From: Octopus bimaculoides
Taxonomy: Eukaryota
Length of the DNA: 63,209 nucleotides
Assembly: GCF_001194135.2 (NCBI RefSeq)
Contig: NC_068982.1
Span: forward strand, 67,055,136 to 67,118,344
Direction of reading: 5' to 3'
The notes under the pieces are model-generated. The model was not told the DNA's origin. It was given only the letters and a program-made list of their open reading frames with translations, and ran no database searches. Of the stretch, positions 58,403-63,209 are shown piece by piece. The translations under genes and the position numbers were made by a program. Every line of letters starts with the position of its first letter. Positions within the stretch are counted from its first letter, which is position 1.

Positions 58403-59117
58403 GCTCTGTTGGCATTCCTACAGATGTCTACCCTGCCGATTTTGTTTCCTCATAACTTCTGGAAAATGGATATTTTTTAATGAAATTTTCTACAAATATG
58501 CTTCAGATCGTGTAGATCCTCATTATATCGCAATTTATTGTGAAAACATATTTCCGAGAGTGAGGTGAGGAATTTCGGAAAATTCACGAGACGGCTTTCT
58601 ATCCTCATAACGTTCAGAAAAATGGATAATTTTTGATGAAATTTTCTTGAAATACTTTTCAGTGTGTGTAAATTACGATTATATCGGAATTTCATGTGAC
58701 AATACACGTACTGATACGCATTACAATTTTTTTTAGAAATTTCAAGTTTCATTTTCTAGATATATGTGACGTGTGTCAGTATGTATGTATACGAGCCTGC
58801 CAAATTTGTTTTTTTTTTTCATATTAAATTCCTATATATTTGCAACATACACACTCTGAAAGGTATTTATAGAAAATTTTTATTAAAAATTACCCATTTT
58901 TCTGAAAGTTATGTGTAAAGAAAGCCGTCTCGTATAAATTTCCCCAAACTCTTCACCTCACTCTCGGAAACATTTTTTTCTTTTTCACAATAAATTCCAA
59001 TATATTGAGAATCAACATCATCTGAAGTATATTGGTGGAAAATTTCATTAAAAAATATCCATTTTTCTGGAAGTTATGAGGAAATAAAGTCGGTGGGGTA
59101 CACATCTGTAGGAATGC
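58403..59117. mobile_element. Foldback/MITE-like large imperfect inverted repeat with internal subrepeats
   Basis: GCATTCCTACAGATGT (58412) pairs with ACATCTGTAGGAATGC (59117); arms about 300 bp, each with two ATAAC.TC.G.AAAATGG.TA.TTTT.ATGAAATTTT modules. Confidence 0.8.
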
Positions 59118-59779
59118 TGGCTGTTATCCACTGCATGCAAGTATAATTTATTTCATTCTTCTTCGGGGACCTACGTAGAAAATTATTTAATTTACAATTT
59201 GAAATATTTCTTGAAATATTTCCCTCGACTTAGTTTCATTTACATGTAACACATGCAGCCCTCATGTACAGCCTTCAACTACACAAACTTGCAGAAAACT
59301 AAAGCAACCGCAGAAATACATGAACTTATTGACCTCACAATAATCATTCAAACATGCATACACACGCGACATACATGATTATACATAGTGTTGGTGGGGG
59401 GAATCCAATTCACATAGACAACACAAACAACGAGTATGTATTTCTTTGTTTTTGACTAATTTTACTATTGCATATTACGCTTTTGTAAATTGCATTATCT
59501 TGCTGTTTTCTGATTTTTTTCAGTTTCATGAATTTATTGTTACATTCATACTTTACATAAATATTCCACATTAAAATATAAATCCGAAAACATAACGATG
59601 AGCGAAGAAGAAAAAAAGGAAGAAAAACATCAATTCAACACTAAATACATCAAAGGGTAGGTCAATGGAACTTATTCTAGAAGTAAGCCAACACGGGTAA
59701 ATTTTCAAATTCACACCCGCACGATGAAAATTTACCCCAACACGCCCAAAGCATTACTGCGCACAACGATGAGGCTTAG

Positions 59780-59808
59780 GTACACATCTGTAGGAATGCC
59801 AACAGAGC
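59780..59808 (-). repeat. Third copy of the foldback terminus
   Basis: GTACACATCTGTAGGAATGCCAACAGAGC is the near reverse complement of 58403-58431. Confidence 0.85.
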
Positions 59809-60119
59809 CAAGTACCCCCACGTACATCACCTGACGCTTCGGTTAGGTAAGCTGCTAATGGTAACAAAAATTTCGTTGTCAACAGCTCTTTCAAACGTCA
59901 CAGGCTGGAAGAAACGGTTTACCGACAAGTTCCGATACTTTTGGATTTTGTTCTGTAATAAGTAAAATACAGAAATGGAACACACAAACATAAAAAAAAA
60001 CATACATACAAGCACAGAAATCTACTGAGTTGTACGCATACTGAAGCCCGCAAAATTAATAAACACACGCACATAAAAGTCTTAAAAAACCCTCAAACTT
60101 CCGAGGTTTCCATTCATAC

Positions 60120-60605
60120 ACAAGGTTGTTCGGCGTGCAAGAAATAGCAGCCAAATCTCCATGAAACTGTACGCCTTCGTAAAAAAAAATTGTTGATGCG
60201 ATCTTGTATACCAAGAAAAATAGATGGAGAGAGGGGGTGTCATGACTGGATTGACGGTTCATAAGTCGGCTGCGCCAGTGAGAGCTAATTTGGGGCCTAA
60301 CACAAAATCACACAGGACTCGAGGAGTACTTTACAAATCACCAAGCCGCGCGCGCGCGCACATATATATATGTATATAATTAACACTTCTGAGATTTATA
60401 TTTAATCTTTCAAATATATATACAAACAGTACACTGACACAAAAATATACCCTAGCTGACCCATCGAAAATCTTCCTCAAATTACACTACGCTTTTAGAA
60501 AGGCAGAACACATTGGCTCGAAGAAAAAGACGGAATATTCATGGACCTGGAATGTCTGTTTGGTTAAGCCCTAGATCAGATTAAAGCCAACTGTTGCCCT
60601 AAACG
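60120..60605 (+). repeat. Two family F copies
   Basis: GCAAGAAATAGCAGCCAAATCTCC; TTCCTCAAATTACAC...CCTGGAATG...GCCCTAAAC. Confidence 0.6.
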
Positions 60606-61404
60606 TGGTCAAAGAATTGTTCCTTTGATCTTTCTGTAGTAATGTTAAGTATGAAATAACAGTTGAAAATTTCAGTTTTCTTTCAAGTCACCCCCCCCCC
60701 AAGTTCAAAGCCCGCAATATAACCTATTTTAATTGTATTTGAGTTGTTAAAATTTTATGTATTTAACACAAATAATAAATAGTTTAGGCTGGTAATTTTA
60801 CTTACAACTAGAACAACAGAAGAACTGCAAATTTTCCAAATTTATAATTCATTAAAAAATACAATTTACAGCATGGTAAATCTGACACTGGAAGAATCTA
60901 TAGCACACAACCTTCGTTGGTGCCCTAAACACAAGCATATTTCGTTTAATGGTTAATCGAGGACTGATCATGACTGGCGTGGAGCTAAACAACTTAAAAG
61001 TACATGTTTTGTTTGTTGTTCTTTATAGCTTTATAGTACGCATAGTAATACATAAATTTGTTGCTGCTTATAGAAAGAACTTGGGTTATTTCTGTATTTT
61101 TCGTTTAAGTACGGTTTCTTTTTCTCGGTTTATTTTTAAATATTTCTAAACAAGTGACCAGTATATATATAAGAATATACACAAAAAGCAAAATCTCCAG
61201 TTATGAATTTATTTCATAATTATGATGAGAAAGTTCTTTTTAACAGTTATCACTTATTTAGAAATAATTAAAAGACGTAATAAGCACCCGTAAAGTTCCT
61301 TGGTTAATTGCCTCTTAAATAACAAACATAAACATTTACAGTCGTTCTATAAATATATATTAGTATGTTTATACATACTTGTGTCTATATGTCTATTATA
61401 GTGA

Positions 61405-61405
61405 T

Positions 61406-61497
<92 letters not shown>

Positions 61498-61502
61498 TAT
61501 AT
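61405..61502. repeat. (TA)n with TG interruptions
   Basis: Direct reading. Confidence 0.95.
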
Positions 61503-62094
61503 AACGGCATTACTACAGAATAATGCCACACACCAGACTTCCCAAATAAACACATTTTAGTACCGAATGCGAGGAAAAGCACTCGTTTCCAGCTTAACAC
61601 CTGGCCCTTCGGTGTCTTTAGCGTGGGAGTTCAATTACAAACATTTCAGCCCAGGTCTCTGAGGATACCTTCCAGCTTCCAATTTGTTGCGAAGTATCTG
61701 AAAAGGGTCATGAGCCCTGAGCTTCCTTCCTGACTTAGCGATTAAAAATATGTGAATGTGTATACATGGAAATATGTGCATAGGCATTCCTGTGCATACA
61801 TTCTAATAAAAGTATATATTTTCAATTATATGTTTGAAAATATATACACGAGGATGCAGAATGAATGAATATTAGATATTGTGCACGCGTGTATGTGTAT
61901 TTGTAGATTTTATGTGTATGTATCTGTGTGTGTGTGTGTGTGTACACGATTTGTGCAGAAGTGTCAGTGTATGTGGCGTAATGACAAAAGGAAAGATGAA
62001 AACAAGACGCAAGGATAAATTTTATACAAGCTATTGTATAAAGGAGAATCAACGTTGGGATTAGAGTGAATTGAGTAATGTGTGCGTGTGTTCG

Positions 62095-62280
62095 TATCCC
62101 AGTCCAGCCCTGTTCAAGCAGGTCTATGATCAGAAGCATTCCAGCCGTCACCATTGCATGTTTCTTATAAGCATTAGGTAAAACTACGTTATCCAATATG
62201 ACCTTTCCTTTATAAGTCAGTAAGGTGTGAGTTAGAGGGGAATTTTGGCTACTATTTCTGTTAGCATGTTGAGTACATCT
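62095..62280 (-). repeat. Family F
   Basis: CCCAGTCCAGCCCTGTTCAAGCAGGTCTATGATCAGAAGCATTCCAGCCG...TTTGGCTACTATTTCTG. Confidence 0.75.
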
Positions 62281-62854
62281 ACATTGGTTCATTTACGTGT
62301 ACCTTAACGCGCGTTTATCGGAACGGATTCGTAAGTTTGATACACTCTTATACTTACACTCAGCCACAAACTCGTGCATACTTTGAATTTTCAAAAACAA
62401 AAATATGAAAAGCTTCAAATAAAAGTACATTCACATGAGTTTTACTTGGAGATTCAATTTCTACTACATCTCAAGAGATTATGCTGAAAACAGAGGAGTT
62501 TCAGAAAACCTAGTTTGACCAAGACGGTTTCAATTTCTGATGAAAGAAGCAATTTCTAATTTAATTCTGTCATCGAATATTACGGTTGAGGAATGCATGA
62601 ACGCTATTGCATCACCTGTGTCTCTAATTTTTCTTCCATTAAAATAGCATATTTCATACCTCTGTAACATTCAATAAATAACGATATAATACTTACCTAG
62701 GGTTCAATTATATTTCATGATCACCACATAGTCAATAGTATATAATTGAGGTTGGTTTGGATAATGCGCGTGTGCGTATATATGTATATTTATTAGGGAG
62801 CATATACGGGATGTGTGTGTGTGTGTGTGTGTTTGCATGTGTATACATTTTCTA

Positions 62855-63150
62855 TCTTTCACTGGTTTCAGTCATGGGCTGCGTCCATGTTGGGGCACCG
62901 CCCCGAAGAGTTTAATCAAACAGATTGACCCCAGCACTTATTTTTCTTAAATCTGGTGCTTATTCAGTTTGTCTCTTTTGTCGAACTAAGTTACGAGAAC
63001 GTTAAAAAAACATCGCTGGTTGTCAAGCGGCAGTGAGGGGTAGCAAACACAGTGATAATAGAACACTTGCCCAAGGGTCTATGCTGTGAGACTGATCTCG
63101 AAAGTACGTGGTCGCTAAACAGACTTCTTAACCATATCGCCATGCTTGCG
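62855..63150 (-). mobile_element. Composite SINE A plus C
   Basis: C 62855-63045 and A head 63060-63150, in A-then-C order on the minus strand. Confidence 0.75.
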
Positions 63151-63168
63151 TCTATATATATATGTATA

Positions 63169-63209
<41 letters not shown>

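Overview
AT-rich, microsatellite-dense animal genomic DNA with 8 N-gaps (about 1.7 kb in total). The repeat families look like those I recall from Octopus/coleoid genomes; this is recognition, not a database result. There is no prokaryotic content, CRISPR array, rRNA or intact tRNA gene, and no host protein I can name. Most of the window is decayed mobile DNA: RTE, CR1-like and CRE-like LINEs; DD34D mariner and DD37D maT-type transposons; hAT and piggyBac-like MITEs; and several SINE families, labelled A-F here. CpG is depleted left of about 42 kb and retained right of about 47 kb, which suggests a methylation-domain boundary. Scattered minus-strand exon candidates suggest the window lies in a long gene starting near 54.4 kb (low confidence). 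Best observations: (1) a Penelope-like pseudo-LTR at 34.7-36.4 kb with a tRNA-like Pol III head and a complete minimal type I hammerhead ribozyme. It forms a spacerless palindrome whose mirror hammerhead is split by a 1.1 kb insert, and stem I covaries between the copies. (2) A second hammerhead of a different family at 47.1 kb on the same strand. (3) A hAT element with a perfect 8-bp TSD that has captured a deleted copy of DNA from 2 kb upstream. (4) A CRE-clade restriction-like endonuclease fragment. (5) A perfect 64-bp-arm hairpin and a large foldback element. Repeat coordinates are approximate (tens of bp) unless motif positions are given.
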